A DNA stretch of 64,000 nt from Eremomyces bilateralis CBS 781.70. Its lineage: Eukaryota. The stretch lies in the NCBI GenBank assembly GCA_010015585.1, contig ML975173.1. One strand, given 5' to 3'. The notes below the pieces were generated by a model that ran no database searches, was not told the origin of the DNA, and worked only from the letters and a program-made list of their open reading frames with translations. Positions 22,606 to 33,979 of the stretch are shown piece after piece (within the stretch, counting starts at the first letter, position 1; the number at the start of each line of letters is the position of its first letter). Both the position numbers and the translations under genes were made by a program.

Positions 22606-24633
22606 ATGTCGTCGTCTCCCAAAAAACCTCCTGGAGGCACCAATCGCTCGACCAACCCATCGCAGAAGGCCACATCTTCATCCGCAACGCAATCGCCGGG
22701 AACGCCCAAGACCTCCTCCTCGAACAAGACGACCTCCAGCAAGTCCGGCTCCTCGCAAATGGCCCCGAGCGCGAGCGGAGTTTCTCGAACCAAGTCCACG
22801 AAAGGAGCCAACGGCTCGCCTTTGTCGGCGCGCGCCTCAGTGAAGAAGCCGGGAAGCGGCGCCGGTTCAAGCAAGGGTGATGGCGCACCGGCAGACAATG
22901 CGGAGGAGGATTCGAAACTGGCGTTGATTGAAGATCTGAAGGAACGGCTCCAGCACGGTGAGTCCGTCACGGAAGAGCTGCAGAAGCAGGTGGAGGTCCT
23001 TCAAGCCCGACTGGACGAATCGATCCGCGACCAAAGCAAGCTGGAGGAGCGAGCGCATGAAGAGGAAGAGCGCAACGAAGGACTCGAGAATGACCGGAAA
23101 GAGTTGGTCAGACAACGGAGGGAGCTGGACAGTATATATGAAGCGGAACGTGCTTCGATGATGAAAGAGAAGGAAGAGGCACAATCAAAGGAAGATGAGA
23201 TGCACGAGACTATCCAGAGACTCAAAGACGCTCTTAGTCAACGAGATCTCAAGCCACCCACCGACGAGGGCGGGAGAATCTCTCGAACAGGTATGCCATT
23301 GCCCTATCTTTCAAATCGCCTCACGCTCACTTTTCTTCCTCTAGCAAGCTTCCAGAGTTCCGCATCGGGAGGCGCAGATAGCAATCAGTTCGCTCCTTCG
23401 GCCTCGCTTCAACGGAGCAATTCTCGCAACAACTCCAAGATTCTACTCCAAAAAGACAAGGTAATTGAGTCCCTTCGTCTAGAATTGGCCGAAGTACAGA
23501 TCAAACTTGTCGAGATGGAGAACATGGGTGGCGGCAGACTGCAGGACTTGGAAAAGTCTCTGCTTGAAGCCCGTATGACCAACGCTCGATTGATGGAGGA
23601 TAACGAAAGCTTCCAGCTCCTCCTCAGCGAAAAGACCCTCAACGGCGACTTTGCAAAGGGGGACTTCATGCGCGGTTCGTCAGCCGTCGACGGCACGCCC
23701 ACCAAGCCCTCGCACGGGGGAGCCTCCCTCGCTGACGAACTCGAGACAGCCGACGAAGATGAGGACGTCGAGTCCGACAAGCGACGCTTGGAATCCGAGA
23801 TCCAGGCGCTCAAGGAGCAAAACAAAGCGCTTACGCTGTACATCAACAAGATCATCGACCGTGTCCTTCAGCACCAAGGCTATGAGGCCATCCTCAGCAA
23901 TGCCGCCGATCCCCCAGAATTCTCCTCTCCCAACATCGATAAAGACCTTCCCCCTCCACCCCCAGCCAAAGATGCTGGCGGTCCTTCCCTCCTCCAGCGA
24001 GCCAAGTCGGTCGCAATGGGCGCCACCGCCGCCCGCCCCCGTCCCCGTCCCGTCTCCTACATGCCTCCGGCCGAAAACAGCATCAACTCCGACCCGACCA
24101 CCGCACCCAGCATCCCACTCGGCCGCACCAAGACCAACCGCGTCAGTTCCGCTGACCAAGCATCCCTATCCTCGCGCCGCAACACTGTCGATTTCAGCAA
24201 CCCCTCCGCGGCATCCGTCGTCCACAACATGTTCCGCGCCTCTTCCCCCGATGCTACCCCGGGCAGCCCCGCCGCGCTCGCCTCCCCCCGCAACTCCTTC
24301 TTCGCCCCGCCCGTCAACCAGAACTACAACGCTGCCGCTGCCGCGCGCCTCCCATCGGGCGCGCAGCGTGCCTCGTCCACGGACCGCAGCACCGGCGAGG
24401 TGGACACGCGCCCGTCGTCCAGCGAGAGCGGGCCGAGCGCCGAGCCGCCGAGCCCGCCACGGAGCGTGGGGCCGCCCGAGCGCACGATGACGGGGAAGGG
24501 GATCAAGCCGTTGCGGCTAGTGCGGGAGAACGCGGAGGCAGAGGAGGCGGCGCGGAAGGCGGCGAATCGGGGGAGCTGGATGAATATGGGGTGGTTTCAG
24601 CGGGGGCAGGGGCAGGGGCCGAGTGAGCAGTGA
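22606..24633 (+). CDS. Conserved fungal coiled-coil protein (in-frame 54-nt intron 23291-23344)
   Basis: 675-codon ORF with heptad-rich segments and blocks KDKVIESLRLELAE, NARLMEDNESFQLLLSEKTL and NKALTLYINKIIDRVL. The GTATGC...CTCAC...TAG intron is read through in the ORF track. Confidence 0.85.
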   Translation: MSSSPKKPPGGTNRSTNPSQKATSSSATQSPGTPKTSSSNKTTSSKSGSSQMAPSASGVSRTKSTKGANGSPLSARASVKKPGSGAGSSKGDGAPADNAEEDSKLALIEDLKERLQHGESVTEELQKQVEVLQARLDESIRDQSKLEERAHEEEERNEGLENDRKELVRQRRELDSIYEAERASMMKEKEEAQSKEDEMHETIQRLKDALSQRDLKPPTDEGGRISRTGMPLPYLSNRLTLTFLPLASFQSSASGGADSNQFAPSASLQRSNSRNNSKILLQKDKVIESLRLELAEVQIKLVEMENMGGGRLQDLEKSLLEARMTNARLMEDNESFQLLLSEKTLNGDFAKGDFMRGSSAVDGTPTKPSHGGASLADELETADEDEDVESDKRRLESEIQALKEQNKALTLYINKIIDRVLQHQGYEAILSNAADPPEFSSPNIDKDLPPPPPAKDAGGPSLLQRAKSVAMGATAARPRPRPVSYMPPAENSINSDPTTAPSIPLGRTKTNRVSSADQASLSSRRNTVDFSNPSAASVVHNMFRASSPDATPGSPAALASPRNSFFAPPVNQNYNAAAAARLPSGAQRASSTDRSTGEVDTRPSSSESGPSAEPPSPPRSVGPPERTMTGKGIKPLRLVRENAEAEEAARKAANRGSWMNMGWFQRGQGQGPSEQ

Positions 24634-24997
24634 ATGAGGGATGACGATATGCCCGGGCACGGGGCGTTAGTGGAGATCTCTCGCTGTGCGTGAGCGCTCC
24701 TATGGGCGTGCCGTGGTTGGGTGGATTTTCATGGCGTGAATGTTTGGAGTTTTCGGTATATGATACCAGGGATGGCTCGCCGCAGGATGATTTCGGCGAT
24801 GGCTTGTCACATTACGGGATTCGACAGGCTCGAAGGGCGATTGATGGGACGTCGTGGCCCTGATTCGATGTAGATAGCCCTTTTGTTGCCCCATAGAGTA
24901 ATTAAAGTCCGCTCAACACTCCTGTCCAGATTTCCTTTTCTACCAACCGAAAGACTGCCCTAGCTCTATCCCATCGTCAACCCTGTTCCGCTTCCCC

Positions 24998-25840
24998 TCA
25001 CCATTTGGCCTTCAACACCTTTGCAGCCGCAGAAACTGTTCTGGTATTAGCATCCACGCCCCTATTGATGTTGAAAACGCGTACCATTCAACCCTGTATT
25101 GTCAGGCTCGACATGTGCCTCCTTGACTTTCCCATCCTCCACGACAAGCGCATACCGCTTGCTTCGATGTCCCCCGAAAATGGAGGTGCCGTCGAAAGCC
25201 AAATCCAACGCCTTGGTGAAATCCAAGTGGGGATCAGCCAAGAAACGGATCTATATAGTTCAGCACAGGTCACGCTCTATTGTTGCCGGATGCCTTACTC
25301 CGCTCTTCTGGCTGGGGTCAAGAGATGCAGCCCAGGCTTTCATGCTGAGGAAATGGTTAATATGGGAGGTCAAGAAGCTTGTGATAAGAGGGCTCTTACA
25401 CAAAGGGATCATTGACGGACACCACGAAGACGGAGTCCACTCCCTTTAGGTCTTTGGACGAGATATATCCTGGAATATGTGATTCGGAGCATGCCGGCGC
25501 TTCATGTAGTTTCATATTAGTATTTGACTTTCTCACGAATAAACGGACAATCCTATATCCCGATCTCTATTTATGGGTCTCAATGGGGGGTGTCACGTAT
25601 TCCCAGGCATTGCAGTTCGATAGACTTACAGAAAGCCGCCGGCACGCCGACGATAATCGACCGCCCTTTCAACTCGTTGGCGATATTCACCTTATTGCCC
25701 GGAGAGTTTTCGAATAGCTCGACGGACGGAATCGCATCTCCGACTTGAACCAGGGAGCGGGCAGAGGCGTGGAATGTGCGGATAGGGGTGGTGCGTGGAA
25801 TGGTGCTGGCGGCGCGGAGGAGGGGGCGGATGGAAGACAT
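24998..25840 (-). CDS. Prx5/Ahp1-type peroxiredoxin with probable mitochondrial presequence (5 exons)
   Basis: Arg/Ser-rich presequence, then VGDAIPSVEL, GVPAAF-SPACSESHIPGY (peroxidatic Cys), VSVNDPFV-MKAW, IRFLADP, RSKRYALVVEDGKV; ends VSAAAKVLKAKW. Confidence 0.92.
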
Positions 25841-28599
25841 TGTATGTCAGATTTAGGGTTTGAAGAGTAGGTTCAAGTGATTTCGACGTGTGTTTGTACC
25901 GTCGCTGGATATGTTCAATTGATGTTTAGTTAGAGTGTAGAATTCAAATCATTCAGGACTGGACGAAGCTTGCAACTTCGTGTTGGGGTGTGATGTCAAG
26001 TTCTCCACGACAACCAACTACCATCCCTGCAACGATCTTGGTAAATTAAACGGCTTGAGATTTAGCATCCGTGAGCTATTCTTTTTTATTAATTCGGTCA
26101 AGTTCTATCCTCCCAGGTAGTGGAATAGTGTGTTGCTAGTCAATAGTCATAAGGAAAATCGTGAGAGTATTTTAATCCGGAGGGCTGCAATAGACAAAGA
26201 GCTAGGAAGGCAAGTACCATCTGCTGGAGAAAAATTGCTATATATCATCAGTTGATTTTCAAGTTAAACCATCCTCTTCTTAGTCTCCGCCTGTTTTCTT
26301 TCACCAGAACCGGAACAAGAGCATGGGATATCTCCAGGTGCACCGGGAGCACGGACCTCTAGTGGACCGGAGACGAGAATACAATATGAACTAGGAATAT
26401 ACCATCGATCATAAACCTCCTCCAGCTTCGAATATTTCGGTGCCGGCCTGTCGGGGTAAATCCGATGATCGATCTCGAATCCCAGTCGGGCGTACTCACT
26501 ACTCAGTACTCAGGAACCCGATCTTATCATAACTCACAGTCAAGCGATGAAGGAAAGCTGATATGGATTGAGATGATGGCACGTCGCTGTTAGCTGTTTT
26601 GGGTTAGACCCATTCTACAGTAGCTGCGCCAGATATCCAATTGGGGGGACCACTCCTGAAGACGAGATCAGGCCTGAGGGGAGCAAGCAGGCAATCAGAA
26701 AGAAGCTACACTATCTTTCTCCCAGACGCGAAGTTGGGCTAGCGTGAAGCCTCAGGTCCAAGATTAGACATCGAAGACTAGATGTGAAATCCCCAGCAGC
26801 CTTTCTCCCTGGCTCATGGCTGTTGAAATGAACGGTTCGATTCGAGGGAGCATAGAAGACGATGGTTACAGACATGTCGTGTTCTCAGTTCTCGTATCTT
26901 TCATTGATCGCCCAGGAGCCGCGCCACCAAGGCAGCAGAGTGAACGCAAAACCGTCTCGAGAACCAAGATTGCCGATGAAATGGCTAGTTTGTCAAAACA
27001 CAAAGTTTATGTCACGATTCCGAACCTTGTCCTTTAGAGGCTGAAGCACCAGAGTGGAGATGAGCCATGAGGATTGAGGAGGGGACTCCATGTCTGTGAG
27101 AGTCTGATGGTCGTAGGATTCTCCTAAGAATGGCGACGATCGTCCATCATCCTGCAGCTCCTCACATTAAAAGAAAAAGCCTCCCAATGAAAATTTCTTT
27201 GAGGTCCTTTTCCTTGCAACTGTCGCATTTACGGACTCTACCGATCTATTAATTTATATTCCGTTCTCATGGGTCTCAACTCTCCTCTCATCGCGTGCGT
27301 CACCCTCCCAGCCTCCCCCTCTTTCTGGTGTCCGTACCGTACTGTGGAGTATCAGATATCCATAATCCGCAATTCGCAGGGTACACAATAATATTTGCCA
27401 TTTGACTATTAATACCTAGTTACAGATTACAGAACTACGGGTATTAGCGCATGTCTGTAGTTGCTATGTAGGTGTTAACCGCTCTGCCGCTGTCTTGATC
27501 CATTAAAACTTTCCGGGTCCGAGTGACGTCGGTACCAGATCCTGACCGGACGGGGAGCCTGATCGCATCGCCGGCCCTTGTTGTCTTTATCGTTCGTACC
27601 CAGGCCCTACAGCCGGTGCGGATACGGTCCCTCGTCCCCGCTGCTGTCGTAGCCCCGTCGCTCGTATCCCGCCCCATAGAGTACTAGTAAACCCAATATT
27701 ATTAGTGTATCCAAGTGTGTCCTGTTTCCTGTAGCCCCTAGGGAATAGGCACTTGGTTAGCGGCGCACCGGCGGTCCAGTGCCTAGAACCAGCCAATGCT
27801 ACCCAGGAAAGCCCAAAGGTAGAACCCCCAAGGATCCCCCAACTCCCAAAAACAGGCGGTGCTCCCGCCTGCTCCCGCCGCTCGAACAGCATCCACATTC
27901 AGCTTTGCACAGTTTATACCCTCCCGGCAGGCGTCCACGCCAGGCTTGCAGGCTTGGGGTGTGCAGTGGTGCAGACTGCAGTGCTCCTCTGCAGTTCTGC
28001 TGCAAGACTTCATTAGGATCGACCTCCACTACTCCAGTCTCCACCACTCACCAGTCACCACACTCCTTGTCACCACCACTTCCTGTACCAATTGGAATCC
28101 GAACAAGCACTACGAAAGTCTCCTCTAATCCTCCACCTCCTTCTGTCCTCAGTCTCTCGACTGGCGAACCGCATCTCTGGCTCTCTATCCGAACTTCGCA
28201 ACTCGCCGGCATCCTCCCATCTCGAATCATCTGCAAAATCGAGAGGAAATTGGGCCTTCAATCCGGTCATCTGGATCCCGAGCGCGTCACAATTTGGTGG
28301 CGTTAATTCCAATCCGGCTATCCCGTCCTGTAGGTCGTATCCCATTGCACTTTGCAGGGTCGCCTGGTTTGCAAAAGTAGTCGGGCCGGTTTTATGCGCT
28401 CCATACCCCATCTCCAGCCTACAACCCGCGAATTGACTACCATCGCGACTCGACCGTCCATTCTTTGAATCCGTTTGCCATCACACCCGATTGCCACGAC
28501 CCGACACGGACTCGACGCCGGACGAACTTGAGTTTCGGTGGCCTTCTGGTCCAGAAACGAGTCCCCGACTCGACATCGCGGTGTGAAGGGGACAACATT

Positions 28600-30918
28600 A
28601 TGGAATCGAATCAGGGCGGTGGCACCGCGAACAGCTCAAGCGACTTTGTAAGGACTCGATGGAAACCTGTGATATAGAATTGCCACGCTAACAGCTGTCC
28701 GACGTAGGTTCGCAAATTATACAAGTATGTGGAAACGATATCGTCTACGGAGGCTCGCGTTGATCAGGCTGACCGAATGCAGAATGCTGGAGAACCCGAC
28801 GGATGAAAACATTGTGCGATGGGGCAACGAAGGCGACAGTTTCGTGGTGTTAGAGGTGCGTCCATTGTCCGATGACAACAATAGCGACGTCAATAGAGTG
28901 ACCCATTGACCGCGTCGCAGAACGAGAAATTCACCAAGCACATCCTCCCGAAGCACTTTAAGCACAGCAACTTTGCGAGTTTCGTCCGACAATTGAACAA
29001 ATACGACTTCCATAAAGTACGACACAACAATGAAGAATCGGGACAATCGCAGTATGGCCCTGGGGTATGTTGGTTGCCGTCATTGCTCGCGATCGCATTT
29101 CGCTGACATGAATAGGCTTGGGAATTCAAACATCCTGATTTCAAGATGAACAATAAAGACGCCCTCGACAACATTCGGCGCAAAGCCCCCGCGGCACGCA
29201 AACCGAACCAAGGCCCCGACGATGTGATTGTCCCGACACAACAGATCGACCTGATCAACACGCAACTCGTCGCAACGCAGCAGCAGCTCCAGCAGTTACA
29301 GGAACGCTATAACGAGCTCAACATCCATCATTCGATGCTCCTGCAGGAGCTGATGGGCGTGCAGAAGACGGTGGTCAACCACGAGCATGTCATGCAAAAT
29401 GTCATGAACTTCCTCCACTCGGTCGACGCACAACGACGCCGAGATAGTCGCATGATCAATCCATTCAACCAGGCGACCACCCCAAGCGGCGGAGCCGTCG
29501 CTGGCCAGTCGTCGCAACAGCCACAAATCGAGGAGGATGTACCCGCGTCCCCATTACAACAAGCTTCCAAACTCCTCCAAGAGACCAACGCCGATATGCT
29601 CCTGAATCCTCGAAACCTCGAGCACATGAACGAGATCTCGATGCGCATGAACGGCACGCTTACGACCCCCCCTCCGGACTACGGCCTTCGGAATAGCCAA
29701 CAACCGCGACCCGGTAGCAGGGGCGCTCCGCGATCGGCAGGCTCCTCCAGTTCCGTGCGCGCCGGCGAGATTGATACGCTCGTCTATCCCGTCGGGCAGA
29801 CGAACGGGATCGATCCCATGTATAGCGAGCATATTAACAACATCCCGTATCCGCTACCGACGAAGCCACCGGAACCGACCGACCCACGGTATCAAGGGCC
29901 CGAAGCACTGAAGAAGAGCGCGCAGATCGATCCGGGGTGGATACGGCAACCGCAAATCTTGCTGGTGGAGGACGATCCGACCTGTCGAAGGATTGGAGGG
30001 AAGTTTTTGTATGCGTTCAATTGTGCGATTGATAGCGCGGTAAGTCTCCATGATGCGAATACTCAGTAATATGATGCTAATGGAGCGCAGTTTGACGGCC
30101 TGGAAGCTGTCAACAAGATGCATGGGGGCTCCAAGTACGATCTTGTGCTGATGGACATCATCATGCCAAACCTAGACGGAGTCTCCGCTTGCCATTTGGT
30201 CCGCCAATTTGATAACACTCCCATCATCGCCATGACCTCTAATATCCGAAGCGACGACATCTCCATGTATTTCCAGCATGGTAAATACTTCCCTATCCCC
30301 TCATCTTGCCCAATCTAATGAATTCCAGGAATGAACGACGTCCTCCCCAAACCATTCACCAAGGAAGGCCTCTTCCAAATGTTGCAAAAGCACCTCCACC
30401 ACCTCATCAAGCAACCCGGACAAGGCATCGACCCGCAGCTCCAACCCAACCTCACCCCGGCTGGACCCTCCCATTCCGTCGCGGGTTCCACTCCCCGCCC
30501 TCCGCACGCGCATACTCACTCCCTCACCCACTCCCTCAAGGAAGAGGAGTCCCCATCCGCCGGCGCATCCAACAAATCCCCCGCGACCACCAGCAACTGG
30601 AACTCCCCGAACCAAATCCCGGGCGTCTCCCCCGTCACCTCGTCCGTGACCGACGATTACATGCACCACGTCCCGCAGCAGAACCCGTACGCGGCGCAGA
30701 TGGCAGGAAATCCGCCTATGGGGTACCCGCAGATGGGCATGCATGGAGGTGGAGGTGCATCCGGCCGGCCGGGGCCGCAACAACCCGGGATACAGCAACA
30801 ACCACCACAGGGCCAACATCGGCGGCAGATTTCGGAAATCTCGGGCGGGGAGGAGATGGCGGGGAGTGGGAAGCGGCAGATTTATTCTGGGCAGATGGGG
30901 ATGCAACAACGGCGGTAG
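28600..30918 (+). CDS. SKN7: Skn7/SrrA/Prr1 response regulator (HSF DNA-binding domain plus receiver domain), multi-exon including a 17-nt micro-exon 28708-28724
   Basis: SDF-VRKLYK-ML...[30 protein letters not shown] (HSF), a coiled coil, then [14 protein letters not shown]...[13 protein letters not shown]...AMTSN...[10 protein letters not shown] (receiver with phospho-acceptor Asp). Confidence 0.96.
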
Positions 30919-31417
30919 GCGACGGGAGAGGACGAGGTCCATCGAAAAACCCTTACAGTGATAGGGGCCGAAAAAGTATACCGTTAATTGTGTGATTTTT
31001 GCATGGAATCAAGGGACGGGCCTGTCCCACGGGGATCGAGGGCGGAGAACACGCTGCGCATCCGCTATGATTCGGAACATCATGGCTAGACTGATGCCGG
31101 TGGATCGGGCGTTCAAGGTGGATGGGTCTAACTAATATCTTGGAGGCACGATGACTGGGAGGCACATTGCTGGACGCATGGCAGCAGCCCACGGATGCCT
31201 CGTCACGGGAAGGCGGGTGGGTGCATTTTCTTCTATCTGACGACATCTACGGATCGCAGAATCGCGTGGGAAGAGCCGAAATCTCAATCGGGAGGCGGCT
31301 TTGGAATTTTTCAATTCGATCTTCATTGTAGATACTTGGGTCGCTGTGTTCGCTGCTTCGCTCATGATGTGCAGCCATAGTCAACTCGCAAGCGGACAAC
31401 ACAGGCGGCAATTCCAG

Positions 31418-33114
31418 CTAGGCTTGCTTCCTTCCGATTATTAGACTGCAATGAAGCCGCGTATCCATCAAAATTTCAATTCTTCCACATGTCCATTGTT
31501 CATCGACGTCATGACGAATTTCCCCCACGCCGGGCGATGTCAGGGCGTCACGGCCCGCCGCGCACCACCCGACCTTCCCACCGCGCCGGGTCGACCGCGA
31601 TTCAGGGACGGGTCCTTGGAACGATTCCAGGGCGACCTGGATCGGGCAAGGGAAGGATCCCGTCTTACGCTCAAAGCTTAGCACCGTGCCGTCGAACGAA
31701 CTGGATGGATTGAGGGAAAATCGGATGATGAAGACGGGCTTGTGCGTGGGTCTATGGGGGTCTAGAACGGGCGGGATGGGACGATGGAGGTGCGGATATG
31801 CAGACATGGGGGGCTCGAGCGCGACGGGCGGGCTGAACGCTGGGCGGGAGAAATTGGGGTGGGAATACCATGATGCGTACGGAGTGGCTGATAAGATATT
31901 ATTTAGGCGTTTGAGATCATAAGGAAACGTGAAATTACCTGCATGCGATAGGTTATGCGATAGCTGGAGAAAATTATTTGCATCACTGGCTGTATGGTAT
32001 TCATGGGCACCACAGTTTGGGTCTTTTGAAAATCCGATTAAAGCTTCTGCCCGGCTAGCATCCATGAGAACAATTAATCAATTATGCCGTATGGATTCCT
32101 TTCCTTATCTGCCACATGTTGTGACCAATTCATGACCAGTCCTCTCCTTCCGAAAGCGATTCCAAGGGCAGTGGATTGCAAAGGAAGATGCCAAAATGAG
32201 ATCCACTTCCACACCATTTCTATTTCCCGTCTTTCGGTGCTTCCATTAGGAATGGGATTCCTGTCCAGGAATATTGAGGTACAATCACTGTCGCAAAACC
32301 GTATATGAAGCCAGAAAAAGTCCGATGCCATTTTAATCATTCCGCCGCACTTTGAGTTCGCTGCCGACTACATGAGGACGCGCTTGAAAGCTCGTCGAAC
32401 AACATCGACAATGAGGACATCGGACTGGGACTAAGGAAACAGTATCTTTTGCGGCCAAATGACGACCCAGTCGACAGTTAAGTCTGGAACACTATTCTTG
32501 TAAGCACCGTAACATTTAGATATGGGAACTTCATTACCGGTCTGAAAGGTATGCCACTTCCTTCGCATTTCGATGTACCAGCTTTCACCTCCGATGATGG
32601 GACGATGCTGTAGATTATGCAGGTGATGTAAATCGGCCCATTAGGGTGTGGCCGCGTCCACTTTGACCTGCATATCTTCTTCTGAGTCGAGTAGCGCCAA
32701 CGCACGCCAACGAAGCCCCCCGTCAACGTCCGGCTAAACGATATCGGTGATACGTTCGATTATAGTGCCAGGTTCGAGAGGTGTCTCCTCGGTCTTGTCG
32801 TCCCCTTCGTTGGAGTCGGAGCCCGCGTCGGAGCTGGCGTCGGATCCCTCGTCGGAGTCGTCGTCGGAGACATCGCCGCCGCCGGATTCCTCATCGGAGT
32901 CGTCGTTGGAGCCTTTGTCGGAGTCCTGGTCCGAGTCTTCCACGTACCTTTCATCGGAGTCCCGGTTGGACACTTCGTCGAAATGGTCGGAGTCCTCGTC
33001 CTCCTCCTCGCTGCCCGCTTGACCCATCGCTACCACTACCACTGCTCTTGAAGATATCATGGACGTGGCGGCGTGTTCGGCAAGTAGGGCTTCCTCCTTA
33101 TCCTCCTCCCGGCA
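31418..33114 (-). pseudogene. Possible decayed orphan gene (acidic low-complexity segment, then a stop-interrupted frame and a 215-aa ORF)
   Basis: ORFs 32734-33060 and 32074-32340 share one frame interrupted by TAG/TAA stops. ORF 31418-32065 follows in another frame. No family recognised. Confidence 0.35.
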
Positions 33115-33979
33115 TCAATTTTGAGGAACCATATTCTTTGACATTTGGGATTGGATTGGGCAGGGATAACACATGCTTTCTCGAAGATCCCGTTAGTAGA
33201 GCGTATGGTGAGAACGCGCGATATGGAGAGACTTGTTCGGTGCCGGCCATACACAGGAATTTGATGCGAATAAGTAGAGATGAATACTTATAGGAAATCG
33301 GACGACTGATGCAACACAGGACTCATGCGATAACAAGACTGCTATGGAGAGGGATGATGGTGGATATTACAACAACTTGCTGGTTCACCGAAGGTAACAC
33401 TAAGAGGATATAAGAACGCAAAAGAGAAGCACTGATTAGTATTCAACACAGGCGGTAATACACCAACCCAGACATTTTATTTGTGATGTGCGCATCCATA
33501 TCTCTGATTGCACCAGGTCGTTGACCAGGCATTGTGCAAGAACTGATGGAGTGAAGACAGCCTGTTTGATGGGATTCCTACGGTTACATGGCCAGGATAC
33601 TTGGAACGCGAATATGGCCCATTATCAGCTTTATCGGCCATAGGAGCCTAGAGATTCCCCTGGTGATAAGGCGTAGATATTCAAGAAGAGTATTTTCGTG
33701 ATAATTGAACCGGAATCTGAATATCAGATTTATTATAGTCTGTAAATTGAGCAGCACCTGTAGAATCCAATCAAAAGCCCCTCGTGGACAAGGGTGTGTC
33801 TATCGTCACATTTTCTATGCCGCCCAACAGTCATTACATTCACCACCCAATTTCACCCCACAGGACCACAGCACGACCTCCAAACATCCCAGCATTATTT
33901 CCTCAATACCTCCATAATAAGTACATAATCTTTATACCCGAATCATAAAGCAGCCGTCAAACCCGGCGGATCCATCACA

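Noticed and set aside
24975..25085. Cryptic peroxisomal targeting of the peroxiredoxin by readthrough or alternative splicing
   Set aside because: The normal end (AKW), intron retention (QHQ), alternative acceptor (QRC) and readthrough (EQG) products all lack a PTS1.
26436..26495. tRNA-like TCGAATCCC segment
   Set aside because: No GGTTC T-loop context, D-arm or matching acceptor stem.
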